A stretch of DNA of 64,000 bases from assembly GCA_013003115.1 (NCBI GenBank), contig JABDLF010000002.1:4186-68185 (forward strand), in the 5' to 3' direction. A program made the translations under genes and the position numbers. The notes below the pieces were generated by a model that was not told where the DNA came from, did no database searches, and was given only the letters and a program-made list of their open reading frames with translations. This document shows, one piece after another, positions 56,395 to 64,000 of the stretch (the first letter of the stretch is position 1; each line of letters starts with the position of its first letter). This DNA comes from Gammaproteobacteria bacterium (lineage in GTDB: Bacteria; Pseudomonadota; Gammaproteobacteria; Steroidobacterales; JABDLF01).

Positions 56395-57087
56395 CTACCA
56401 GAGATAGAAGAAAGCGAAAATGAATACCCAGACAAGATCAACAAAGTGCCAGTACAAACCCGTCACTTCGACGGTCTCGTAGGTACCCTTGCGATCGTAA
56501 AAACCGTTCATTACCCGTCGGGCCACGACCAGCAGATAGACGACCCCCGCTGACACATGAAGTCCGTGAAAGCCCGTGATCATGAAGAACGTCGAACCGA
56601 ACTGCGGAGCGCCCATGGGATTGCCCCAGGGTCTCACGCCCTCTTCCACTATCAGCTTGGTCCACTCGAATGCCTGCATGCCGACAAAGGTGGCGCCGAG
56701 GATCGCCGTGGCCAGCATCAGCATGGCGGTCTTCTTCTTGTCGCGCCGGTAACCGTAGTTGACCGCCAGCGCCATGGTGCCGCTGCTGGTGATCAGCACA
56801 AAGGTCATGATTGCTATGAGCAACAGTGGCACGTGGTTGCCGGCGATGGTCAGCGCAAACACTTCGCTTGCGTTGGGCCAGGGCACCGTGGTGGTCATGC
56901 GCACGGTCATGTAAGAGGTCAGGAAGCTGCCGAAAATAAAGGTATCGGACAGCAGGAAAATCCACATCATGGCCTTGCCCCAGGGCACCGGGAAGGTTTG
57001 TTTGTCACCGGACCAGTCTGTGACGACGCCGCCCAGACCGTCATTCAGTGCCGCATCACCGCCATGCCCTGGGAGTTCATTTGCCAT
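56395..57087 (-). CDS. ctaE: Cytochrome c oxidase subunit III
   Basis: 230-aa polytopic protein with subunit III motifs (FFMITGFHGLHVSAGV, YWHFVDLVWVFIF). Confidence 0.88.
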   Translation of the reverse strand: MANELPGHGGDAALNDGLGGVVTDWSGDKQTFPVPWGKAMMWIFLLSDTFIFGSFLTSYMTVRMTTTVPWPNASEVFALTIAGNHVPLLLIAIMTFVLITSSGTMALAVNYGYRRDKKKTAMLMLATAILGATFVGMQAFEWTKLIVEEGVRPWGNPMGAPQFGSTFFMITGFHGLHVSAGVVYLLVVARRVMNGFYDRKGTYETVEVTGLYWHFVDLVWVFIFAFFYLW

Positions 57088-57102
57088 GGTTCATATTCCT
57101 TA

Positions 57103-57768
57103 TCAGGTATTCAACAACAGGGCGAAGAGAAACAGCCAAACGAGTAACAGGAAATGCCAGTAGACGGTGCAAAGCTCCACGCTGAGTCTGAACTCGCCCA
57201 CTTTATCGACGCCGCGCAGGCGGTTGCTTGTGCGTGCCCAGACCCACAACCCCCCGACGAGGTGAATGCCATGGATGGCCGTCAGCAAATAGAAAAACGC
57301 TGCCGCCGGATTGCCGCGCATGTAGAACCCGGCATCACGGAGCTGACCCCAGGCAACCAGCTGACCAACGAGAAACGCAAATGACAATACGCCTGCTGCG
57401 ATCAGGGCTCTGCGCGTGGCGCGCACATCGTCACGACGGGCGCCGCGCAGGGCCTGATTCATGGCAATGCTGGCGAGCACGAGCACAACGGTGTTAATCC
57501 ATAAGACGGATGGCTCCTGCACACGCGACCAGTCCGCCAGCTCCATGCGCTGAACGTAGGCGCTGAAGAACAAGCCAAACATCGATGTGATCACTGCCAG
57601 GAGGACACCGAGCCCGAGTTTGCTTGGCAGAATTGACTGCGGCATTCCTGAGGGCCGGTTTTCCAGCGGATCGTCGGCGAGCCATGGCTGCCGGTTAATG
57701 GTCTGGCTCAGCAGGTAACCGATTACCAGCGCCATTATCAGGGCAAGAAATACCAGGGCCCAGGTCAT
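57103..57768 (-). CDS. Second cytochrome c oxidase subunit III family protein
   Basis: 221 aa with related motifs (FYLLTAIHGIHLVGGL, YWHFLLLVWLFLF). The start overlaps the subunit I stop (ATGA). Confidence 0.8.
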   Translation of the reverse strand: MTWALVFLALIMALVIGYLLSQTINRQPWLADDPLENRPSGMPQSILPSKLGLGVLLAVITSMFGLFFSAYVQRMELADWSRVQEPSVLWINTVVLVLASIAMNQALRGARRDDVRATRRALIAAGVLSFAFLVGQLVAWGQLRDAGFYMRGNPAAAFFYLLTAIHGIHLVGGLWVWARTSNRLRGVDKVGEFRLSVELCTVYWHFLLLVWLFLFALLLNT

Positions 57769-59534
57769 GAATGCTCGACCCCGTGTTCTCTGCCGGCAAT
57801 TACGCCAGCTTCCGGTGGTTCATTCTGAGGAATGAAGTCTTCCTTTGCGCCGGGCACGCTGTAGTCATAGGCCCAGCGATATACCACGGGTAATTTCTCA
57901 CCCCAGTTACCGTGTTCGGGCGGGGTTTGTGGTGTCTGCCATTCCAGCGTCGTCGCCCGCCAGGGATTTCCACCGGACTTTTTGCCCTTGAATACGCTCC
58001 ACGCCATATTCACGATAAAGACTATCTGCACCACCGCCACGATAATTGCGGAAACTGTGATGCCTGCGTTCATCGCCTGGGCAGAGTCGGGAATAAAGTC
58101 GGTCGTTCCCATTGCAAAGTAGCGTCGCGGCACGCCCAGGATACCCAGGTAGTGCATAGGCAAATATATGGAATAGGTGCCAAGCAAGGTCAGCCAGAAG
58201 TGCAGCTTGCCCATAGAGTCGTTGTACATCCTGCCCGTGATTTTCGGGAACCAGTGATAGATGGCGCCGAAAATTACAAGGATCGGCGACACGCCCATAA
58301 CCATGTGGAAATGGCCCACCACGAAATACGTGTCCGACAGCGGCACGTCAACCACCACGTTGCCGAGAAAGAGGCCGGTGAGACCGCCGTGCACGAAGGT
58401 GAATATAAAGCCAATGGAGAAAAGCATGGGCACGGTAAGATGAATATCTCCGCGCCACAGCGTCAGTACCCAGTTGTAGACCTTGATGGCCGTGGGGACC
58501 GCGATAATCAGAGTCGTTGTGGCGAAGAAAAACCCGAAATAAGGATTCATGCCGCTCACATACATGTGGTGCGCCCAGACCACGAAGCTAAGCCCGCCGA
58601 TGGCAAGAATTGCCCACACCATCATGCGATAGCCAAAAATGTTTTTGCGTGCATGGGTGCTCAGCAGATCAGATACAATTCCGAACGCCGGCAACGCCAC
58701 GATATAGACCTCGGGGTGACCGAAGAACCAGAACAGATGCTGGAACAGGATCGGGCTGCCGCCATCATAGCTCTCGGTCTCCCCCAGTGAGACGATGGCC
58801 GGCATAAAAAAGCTCGTGCCAATCAGGCTGTCCAGCGTCATCATCACTGCGCTGACAAACAGTGCCGGAAACGCGAGCAGTCCGAGCACAGTAGCCATGA
58901 ATATGCCCCAGACGGACAATGGCATGCGCATCAGCGTCATTCCGCGGCAGCGTGCCTGAAGAACGGTCGTTACGTAATTCAGACCACCCATGGTGAAAGC
59001 CACGATAAAAATCGCGAGGGACACGAGCATCAGAATAATGCCCCAGCTGGCGCCGGGCGTTCCTTCCAGGATTGCCTGCGGCGGATAGAGCGTCCAGCCC
59101 GCCCCGGTCGGGCCTCCCGGCACAAAAAAACTGGCCATAAGCACGATCACTGCCAGCAAATACACCCATACACTCAGCATGTTCATATATGGGAACACCA
59201 TGTCTCGGGCGCCCACCATGAGAGGAATCAGGTAGTTGCCAAAGCCCCCCAGCAGCAGCGCCGTCAGGAGATAGATCACCATGATCATGCCGTGCATGGT
59301 GATGAACTGGTAATAATCTGCGGGGTCGATAAACGAAAAGGTGTCGGGGAAGCCCAGCTGCAGGCGCATCATTCCGGAAAGCACGAGCGCCACGAGCCCG
59401 ACGGCAATGGCGATGAGGCTGTACTGGATCGCGATTACCTTGTGATCCTGGCTCCAGATATAACGAGTAACGAAACTCTTTGGGTGATGCATGGCATGCG
59501 GGTCATCGCGATCCGCAATTGCTACATAAGCCAT
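57765..59534 (-). CDS. ctaD: Cytochrome c oxidase subunit I
   Basis: 589-aa haem-copper oxidase core (HGMIMVIYL, WFFGHPEVYI, WAHHMY, HFHMVMG). Confidence 0.95.
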   Translation of the reverse strand: MAYVAIADRDDPHAMHHPKSFVTRYIWSQDHKVIAIQYSLIAIAVGLVALVLSGMMRLQLGFPDTFSFIDPADYYQFITMHGMIMVIYLLTALLLGGFGNYLIPLMVGARDMVFPYMNMLSVWVYLLAVIVLMASFFVPGGPTGAGWTLYPPQAILEGTPGASWGIILMLVSLAIFIVAFTMGGLNYVTTVLQARCRGMTLMRMPLSVWGIFMATVLGLLAFPALFVSAVMMTLDSLIGTSFFMPAIVSLGETESYDGGSPILFQHLFWFFGHPEVYIVALPAFGIVSDLLSTHARKNIFGYRMMVWAILAIGGLSFVVWAHHMYVSGMNPYFGFFFATTTLIIAVPTAIKVYNWVLTLWRGDIHLTVPMLFSIGFIFTFVHGGLTGLFLGNVVVDVPLSDTYFVVGHFHMVMGVSPILVIFGAIYHWFPKITGRMYNDSMGKLHFWLTLLGTYSIYLPMHYLGILGVPRRYFAMGTTDFIPDSAQAMNAGITVSAIIVAVVQIVFIVNMAWSVFKGKKSGGNPWRATTLEWQTPQTPPEHGNWGEKLPVVYRWAYDYSVPGAKEDFIPQNEPPEAGVIAGREHGVEHS

Positions 59535-59604
59535 CAGCTATTCCTCCGGGCACTTTGCCCGCTAAATAATTTGTCTTCGCTGCGCCGCCGGGGCACGCAT
59601 ATAC

Positions 59605-60957
59605 TCAAAGCACGCCGAGATACGCCACCAGGTCGTCGATCGCCTGCTCATCGCCAAGCACCGGCGCCATCAGCACCATCTGCTGGCCGTACGGATCCTG
59701 CGGGTGCGACCCGCGAACCCCTGATTTGAAGTTTTCGAGCTGCCGCTTCAGATACCAGTCGTCCATATTCTTCAGTCTCGGCGCATGGGTGGACCAGATG
59801 CCGTCCCCCTCGCCACCGTGACAGGTCGCGCATGTCCGATAGAGGTCTTTGCCGCGGCGCGTGTTGCCAATGATCGTATCGCTGACCCGTCGTTCAGGCA
59901 GCGTGGCAATATAGGCCGCCACGTTGGCTACGGCTCTGTCATCCACCAGGGTGTTTGCCATGGGTGCCATTTGCCGCCCGTAAATATCCTCTTCGTGGTA
60001 TCCGCGCGCGCCCGATTTGTAGTTCTTGAGCTGCTGCTCGACATACCAGCTGTTGAGCCCCGCAAGTTTCGGTGCATTCAGAACCGGGTTACCTTCGCCC
60101 TGGACGCCGTGGCAGGCGCTGCAAACTGCATAAGCAGCCTGGCCGCTTGCCAGGTCTGGTTCCATCCGCTCAGTGGCACCGGCAAAAGTGGGTTGCGTGG
60201 CGAGCCACGCGTCGAAATCACGCTGTTCCTGAACGACCACTTTGCTGCGCATGGCGAAATGCGCCAGGCCACACAGCTCTTCGCACAAGACATCGAACTG
60301 CCCCGTCCGGGTGGGGGTGAGCCAGATGTAGCTGACCATTCCCGGAACAAGGTCCATTTTTACGCGAAACTGCGGAACGGTGAAATTGTGCAGGACATCT
60401 TTCGACCGCAGCAAAAGCTTTGCGGGCTGTCCCATGGGCAAATGCATATGCTTGCCGTCAACCAGCACATCGTCCTGTCCGTTTGGATCGCCGGGATCCA
60501 CACCAAAGGGATTTTTGGCTGTGACAAACTTGATGGACGTGGTGCCGAAAACGCCGTCCTTGCCCGGGTATCGATAACTCCAGGCCCATTGCTGACCAAC
60601 GGCCTCAACCTCCATGGCACCCTCGGGCACGGTGACCACCTTTGCCCACACGAGCAAACCGGGTGCCAGCATGGCTGCCACACCGATGCTGGTGACCACC
60701 GTCAGCCATATTTCCAGCTTTTTGTTTTCCGGCTCGTACGCCGCTTTGTTTCCCTTGCGGTGGCGAAAGCGAATAATGCAATACGCCATGAAAAGGTTTA
60801 CCAGAACGAAGACGATGCCAGTCACCCAGAACGTAAGGTTGACCGTGTCGTCGATCATGCCCCAGTTAGACGCGATGGGCGTAAACCACCAGGGGCTCCA
60901 GAAGTGGAAAATCACGGATCCAACTACCAGCAGAATCAGGACAACGGCTATAGCCAT
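59605..60957 (-). CDS. ctaC: Cytochrome c oxidase subunit II fused to two c-type cytochrome domains
   Basis: 450 aa with two N-terminal TM helices, a CuA site (VLCEELCGLAHFAM) and two CxxCH motifs (CSACHG, CATCHG). Confidence 0.92.
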   Translation of the reverse strand: MAIAVVLILLVVGSVIFHFWSPWWFTPIASNWGMIDDTVNLTFWVTGIVFVLVNLFMAYCIIRFRHRKGNKAAYEPENKKLEIWLTVVTSIGVAAMLAPGLLVWAKVVTVPEGAMEVEAVGQQWAWSYRYPGKDGVFGTTSIKFVTAKNPFGVDPGDPNGQDDVLVDGKHMHLPMGQPAKLLLRSKDVLHNFTVPQFRVKMDLVPGMVSYIWLTPTRTGQFDVLCEELCGLAHFAMRSKVVVQEQRDFDAWLATQPTFAGATERMEPDLASGQAAYAVCSACHGVQGEGNPVLNAPKLAGLNSWYVEQQLKNYKSGARGYHEEDIYGRQMAPMANTLVDDRAVANVAAYIATLPERRVSDTIIGNTRRGKDLYRTCATCHGGEGDGIWSTHAPRLKNMDDWYLKRQLENFKSGVRGSHPQDPYGQQMVLMAPVLGDEQAIDDLVAYLGVL

Positions 60958-60984
60958 GGCAAATCCTCGTTGAATCGAATGGGT

Positions 60985-61536
60985 CTAGTTCTGGTATCGC
61001 TTTCGTTTGTAGTTGAGCTTGCTGAATGGATTTACAAAATGCGCATCCGTGGCGACCAGCTGTGCCTCAGGATGTTTTGTTTTCATGAGTGATCGGATTT
61101 TTTCGTCCAGCTCTTTCAGTGCGTAGATCAGAATGAGCTGCTTGCCGGCGTCCAGATCGTCCTGGAATTTTTCCAGCTTCTTGTTTTTTGTGGCCACGCC
61201 CGTCAGACCGCCCACCCAGGCACCAAACAGCGTGACCAGCCCCACGATCATGATATTGAGAATGCCCGGCGGCTCTACGCCAAACACCTGGAAGAAATCA
61301 AAAAGGCCTGCAAGTAGCAGGCCTCCGAGAAATCCTAGAAAAGCGCCGATGAATCCGTCGCGCACAATATCCCGGGTCTCCAGCCAGTTGCTGGAATGGA
61401 TGTGCTCTTTCTTCAGCCCCGCCTTGTCTCGGGAAATAACATGCAGGTAGAAGTCGCTGACTCCAGCATCGTGCAGGTCATCAGAAATGCTGTGCGTGCT
61501 GTCGAGATTGGGCGAAAGATAGTACAAACATTTCAT
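60985..61536 (-). CDS. Hypothetical membrane protein (two glycine-zipper TM helices between soluble domains)
   Basis: 183 aa from MKCLYYLSP (GGGGA upstream). The central segments GFIGAFLGFLGGLLLAGL and IVGLVTLFGAWVGGLTGV are the putative TM helices. It lies 27 nt upstream of ctaC on the same strand. Confidence 0.55.
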   Translation of the reverse strand: MKCLYYLSPNLDSTHSISDDLHDAGVSDFYLHVISRDKAGLKKEHIHSSNWLETRDIVRDGFIGAFLGFLGGLLLAGLFDFFQVFGVEPPGILNIMIVGLVTLFGAWVGGLTGVATKNKKLEKFQDDLDAGKQLILIYALKELDEKIRSLMKTKHPEAQLVATDAHFVNPFSKLNYKRKRYQN

Positions 61537-61755
61537 CGCTTTCCCCTGGTACACCGTCGGTCTGTATGGCCGACTTCCGCAGTGTTCTCGTTATTATAAG
61601 TGATCAGCCCACCTGCCATGCACTGCTTGCCGCATTGCAGCACAAAAGTGCTGGACTGAACGCTTGGCCCTACTCTAATACGTTTCGCGCACAAATTTAA
61701 ATGCCGCTTTAGTTGCCTCGGCATCCGGCGCCTGAATCCGCTTTGGATTTAACGT

Positions 61756-61783
61756 AAAAAAAGGGGCCACAGGGGCCCCAAAA
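61756..61783 (-). terminator. Rho-independent terminator after the secreted-protein gene
   Basis: The minus strand reads TTTTGGGGCC-CCTGT-GGCCCC-TTTTTTT: a 6-bp GC stem plus a T7 run, 25 nt downstream of the stop at 61808. Confidence 0.7.
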
Positions 61784-61807
61784 CAGCAGCAGGGGAGTTC
61801 GCAGAAG

Positions 61808-62275
61808 CTATTTAATCTTGCTCTTGTTAAGCCGCGTCTCGTCAACTTCGACGTTCTGAAGCTCACCATTGACAAAGAAATAGGTGATGGTGACAACGAT
61901 AAATTGCGTCGGCGTCTCATAAGTAAAGGAAGCGTGCTCAGTGCACACGCCGGAAACGCTGCCGCAGGTGCTGCCCACCGGCAGCCCCGAAAAGGGGCTC
62001 GCGACGGGTCCGCTGCGTTGCCAGACTTGCCTCTCTGGGTCGATTACGGCTTGCGCGTCCCGTGGCAACGACACATGTGCGGTTTTAAAAACCTCGCCCT
62101 TGCCGTCGCGCGCAAAGAAAAGCAGCTCGTCGCCGCTTCGCTTGATTTCGACGCAGTTTCTGGCGCAATCGGTCCAGTCAACAGGCACCGGGCTACTGTG
62201 CGCAGCCTCAGTCACCATAAAGGGTCCCATTGCGATCGAAAAAACCAGCACCTGGATGAATTGAGTTCGTTTCAT
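61808..62275 (-). CDS. Secreted hypothetical protein, paralogue A (four Cys)
   Basis: 155 aa from MKRTQFIQVLVFSIAMG (signal-like) with a strong AGGAGG RBS. Cys pattern: Cx3C ... Cx6C (CARNC; CGSVSGVC). Confidence 0.6.
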   Translation of the reverse strand: MKRTQFIQVLVFSIAMGPFMVTEAAHSSPVPVDWTDCARNCVEIKRSGDELLFFARDGKGEVFKTAHVSLPRDAQAVIDPERQVWQRSGPVASPFSGLPVGSTCGSVSGVCTEHASFTYETPTQFIVVTITYFFVNGELQNVEVDETRLNKSKIK

Positions 62276-62341
62276 CTGCTCCTCCTTGAGCATGGATCGT
62301 GGGTGTTGCTTGTGTGCGCCACTTTTCGTCAGCCGAATCGT

Positions 62342-62809
62342 TCAGTTGACGTAATCGCGCGTGATACGGGTCTCTTCCACATTGATTTCCAGCAAATTTC
62401 CTTCAGAAAATACAAATGTGTAGGTATAAAAAATATAGTAACCAGGGGTGGTGTAGGTACGAACGCTGCTTTCCGTGCAAATGCCCGGCATATTGGCGCA
62501 CTCGCCAGCTGCCTCGCCCGTCGAACCGCTAGCCATAAAAAGGCTTGGGTCATTGGTCGCCGATCGGCGGGCACCCCCTGCATAAAGCAAGCGTGCGTCG
62601 CGCGGCATGGCGAACGACAGCGTCCGGAATATGGACCCTTCGCTGTTTCTCGCAACCACGATCAGGTTGTTGGCACTGCGCAGGCTTTCAACGCAGTTGC
62701 TGCCGCAGCTCATCTGGTCAATTAAGAGCCCGCCGACGGGCGCGGCGTGACTGTCGACGGCGGCCAGAATCAGCGCGACAATTACAAAAGCTTGTTTCGG
62801 CACTTCCAT
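62342..62809 (-). CDS. Secreted hypothetical protein, paralogue B (four Cys)
   Basis: 155 aa with a signal-like N-terminus (AFVIVALILAAVDSHA) and an AAGGAGG RBS. It aligns along its length with 61808..62275 (CGSNCVE / CARNCVE; PRDARLL / PRDAQAV; INVEETRI / VEVDETRL). Confidence 0.6.
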   Translation of the reverse strand: MEVPKQAFVIVALILAAVDSHAAPVGGLLIDQMSCGSNCVESLRSANNLIVVARNSEGSIFRTLSFAMPRDARLLYAGGARRSATNDPSLFMASGSTGEAAGECANMPGICTESSVRTYTTPGYYIFYTYTFVFSEGNLLEINVEETRITRDYVN

Positions 62810-62939
62810 GGGTTCCTCCTTACTTCCGTGTAGGGACAGGATGTCGGCACAGCCGCTATCCTGCCTGAAGAATTAGCATGGAACGCACAGGAGTACAAAA
62901 CGCAGGCAAGTCGCGGGGACGTAGGGCGAACTGTGAGCT

Positions 62940-63437
62940 TCAGCCGTCCATTGCGACAAAGCGCATTACTGCACCATTATTGCAGTAGCGCAGACCGGTT
63001 GGCTTGGGCCCGTCGTTAAAAACGTGACCATGGTGACCCCCGCAACGTGAGCAGTGGTATTCGGTGCGCGGTACCACCAGTTTGAAATCGCGTCTGGTAC
63101 CCACCGCCCCATCGATGGCGTCGAAAAAGCTCGGCCAGCCTGTGCGGCTGTCGTATTTGGTCTCGGAGGCGAAAAGCGCCTGATCGCAGCCGATGCAGTG
63201 GTAAGTGCCGGTACGTTTTTCCTTCAGCAATTCGCTGGTCCAGGGCCGCTCTGTGCCCTCCTCGCGCAGAATCCAGTACTGCGCTGGTGTGAGTCGCTCG
63301 CGCCACTCGGCATCGCTAAGCACAAATTCTCCACCACCCGATGCCGAATCAGTAGGCTCCCGGGCCGGCAGACGGCTCGCCAGCAGCGGTACCGCCAACA
63401 TTGCCCCACCAGCCAGCAGAAACTTTCGCCTGTCCAT
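62940..63437 (-). CDS. msrB: Peptide-methionine (R)-S-oxide reductase MsrB with twin-arginine-type signal peptide
   Basis: 165 aa from MDRRKFLLAGGAMLAVPLLA. Two CxxC zinc motifs (CIGC, CSRC), the catalytic GLRYCNNG and HHGHVF. Confidence 0.88.
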   Translation of the reverse strand: MDRRKFLLAGGAMLAVPLLASRLPAREPTDSASGGGEFVLSDAEWRERLTPAQYWILREEGTERPWTSELLKEKRTGTYHCIGCDQALFASETKYDSRTGWPSFFDAIDGAVGTRRDFKLVVPRTEYHCSRCGGHHGHVFNDGPKPTGLRYCNNGAVMRFVAMDG

Positions 63438-63549
63438 GCCAAACCCCTTTTGCAAATAAGCTCAGCCGCTTATGTCGCCAGATACTCTTGTCACAATGAA
63501 TAGAGCACGCGAGCCGGGCCAAGTTCCCCGGCAGATTGCTCAGCCGCAG

Positions 63550-64000
63550 TTAAGCCGAGAGCAGTGGCACAAGCCTTTCGAGCATACGCCTCGCGCTCAA
63601 GAACGCGGCCTCGACCCGGCCGTGCACCAACCAGTCACCGCAAACGGCAAGGCGCTCTGCGGCATCCACCAAAGACACTTCATCGCTGCGCCGGGCAAGA
63701 TTTGCGTAGCGCCATCGGTGGAGCTGTATATGCGTCGCAGCTCGTGTATCCACACCCAGCGTCTCAGAAGCCTCAGCAAGCAGGTGCCCCGTGACAAGCT
63801 CAGGATTCAAATCGAGGTTTTCCTCCGCCCAGGCGTTGGTTGAGTGCACAACCAGGCAATAGTTTCCCGGCCGCCCGGGTTTGCTGCTATCCACCGAAAT
63901 CCAGCTGATATCCGCGTTTAAAACGCGCGCGGCCTGCCAGTCGACTTTCAGTGGTTCCTGAAATCCGAGCATCATGGCAAAGCATGGCAGCATCGACACG
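63550..64000 (-). CDS. NAD/FAD-dependent oxidoreductase (renalase-like, COG3380-type), C-terminal part only
   Basis: The open frame runs off the window end. The C-terminal sequence (SWISVDSSKPGR ... HRWRYA ... AVCGDWLVHGRVEAAFLS) resembles the predicted amine-oxidase-fold oxidoreductases. The gene is partial. Confidence 0.55.
   Translation of the reverse strand, partial: VSMLPCFAMMLGFQEPLKVDWQAARVLNADISWISVDSSKPGRPGNYCLVVHSTNAWAEENLDLNPELVTGHLLAEASETLGVDTRAATHIQLHRWRYANLARRSDEVSLVDAAERLAVCGDWLVHGRVEAAFLSARRMLERLVPLLSA

Noticed and set aside
59785-61092. 435-aa ORF antisense to ctaC and the upstream membrane-protein gene.
   Set aside because: It spans two well-supported minus-strand genes and their intergenic gap, has no motifs, and is a shadow ORF.
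1-64000. Looked for mobile elements, integrases, CRISPR repeats, toxin-antitoxin pairs, restriction-modification or other defence modules, and rRNA/tRNA genes.
   Set aside because: I recognised none on either strand. The window reads as a core metabolic, respiratory and signalling region, not an island.

Overview
Moderately GC-rich, densely coding bacterial chromosome segment. Gene content looks like a marine gammaproteobacterium, but that is an inference and was not searched. I saw no rRNA, tRNA, CRISPR array, transposase, integrase or obvious defence genes. Left to right: (1) a TonB2-type energy-transduction string (DUF3450, TtpC-like large ExbB, ExbB, ExbD). (2) Two convergent 2OG-Fe(II) oxygenases, one with a SEC-C zinc tail. 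(3) A roughly 27-kb amino-acid catabolic supercluster: icmF, leucine dehydrogenase, the liu/mcc leucine pathway with thiolase, SDR, ETF-QO, acetoacetyl-CoA synthetase and zapE; the hppD-hmgA-fahA-maiA tyrosine pathway with a MarR regulator; kynA; bkd E1a/E1b/E2; and the giant NAD-glutamate dehydrogenase gdhB. (4) A minus-strand signalling operon: membrane PAS kinase, CheY-like REC, a 1275-aa REC-multiPAS-HisKA_3 kinase, a NarL-type regulator and a CsrA-family protein with an internal insertion (RsmN-like). (5) The most unusual locus: glgC and glgA are separated and flanked by four ATP-grasp ligases (three are paralogues), two esterases (one with a CBM48/E-set-like N-terminal domain) and a peptidase-S51-like protein. 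I cannot assign this combination to any characterised pathway and rank it as the best candidate for an undescribed system. (6) A caa3-type cytochrome c oxidase operon with two subunit-III genes, two tandem secreted cysteine-containing paralogues, a Tat-signal MsrB and a truncated FAD oxidoreductase. All calls rest on reading the ORF translations and the DNA; no database search was run.
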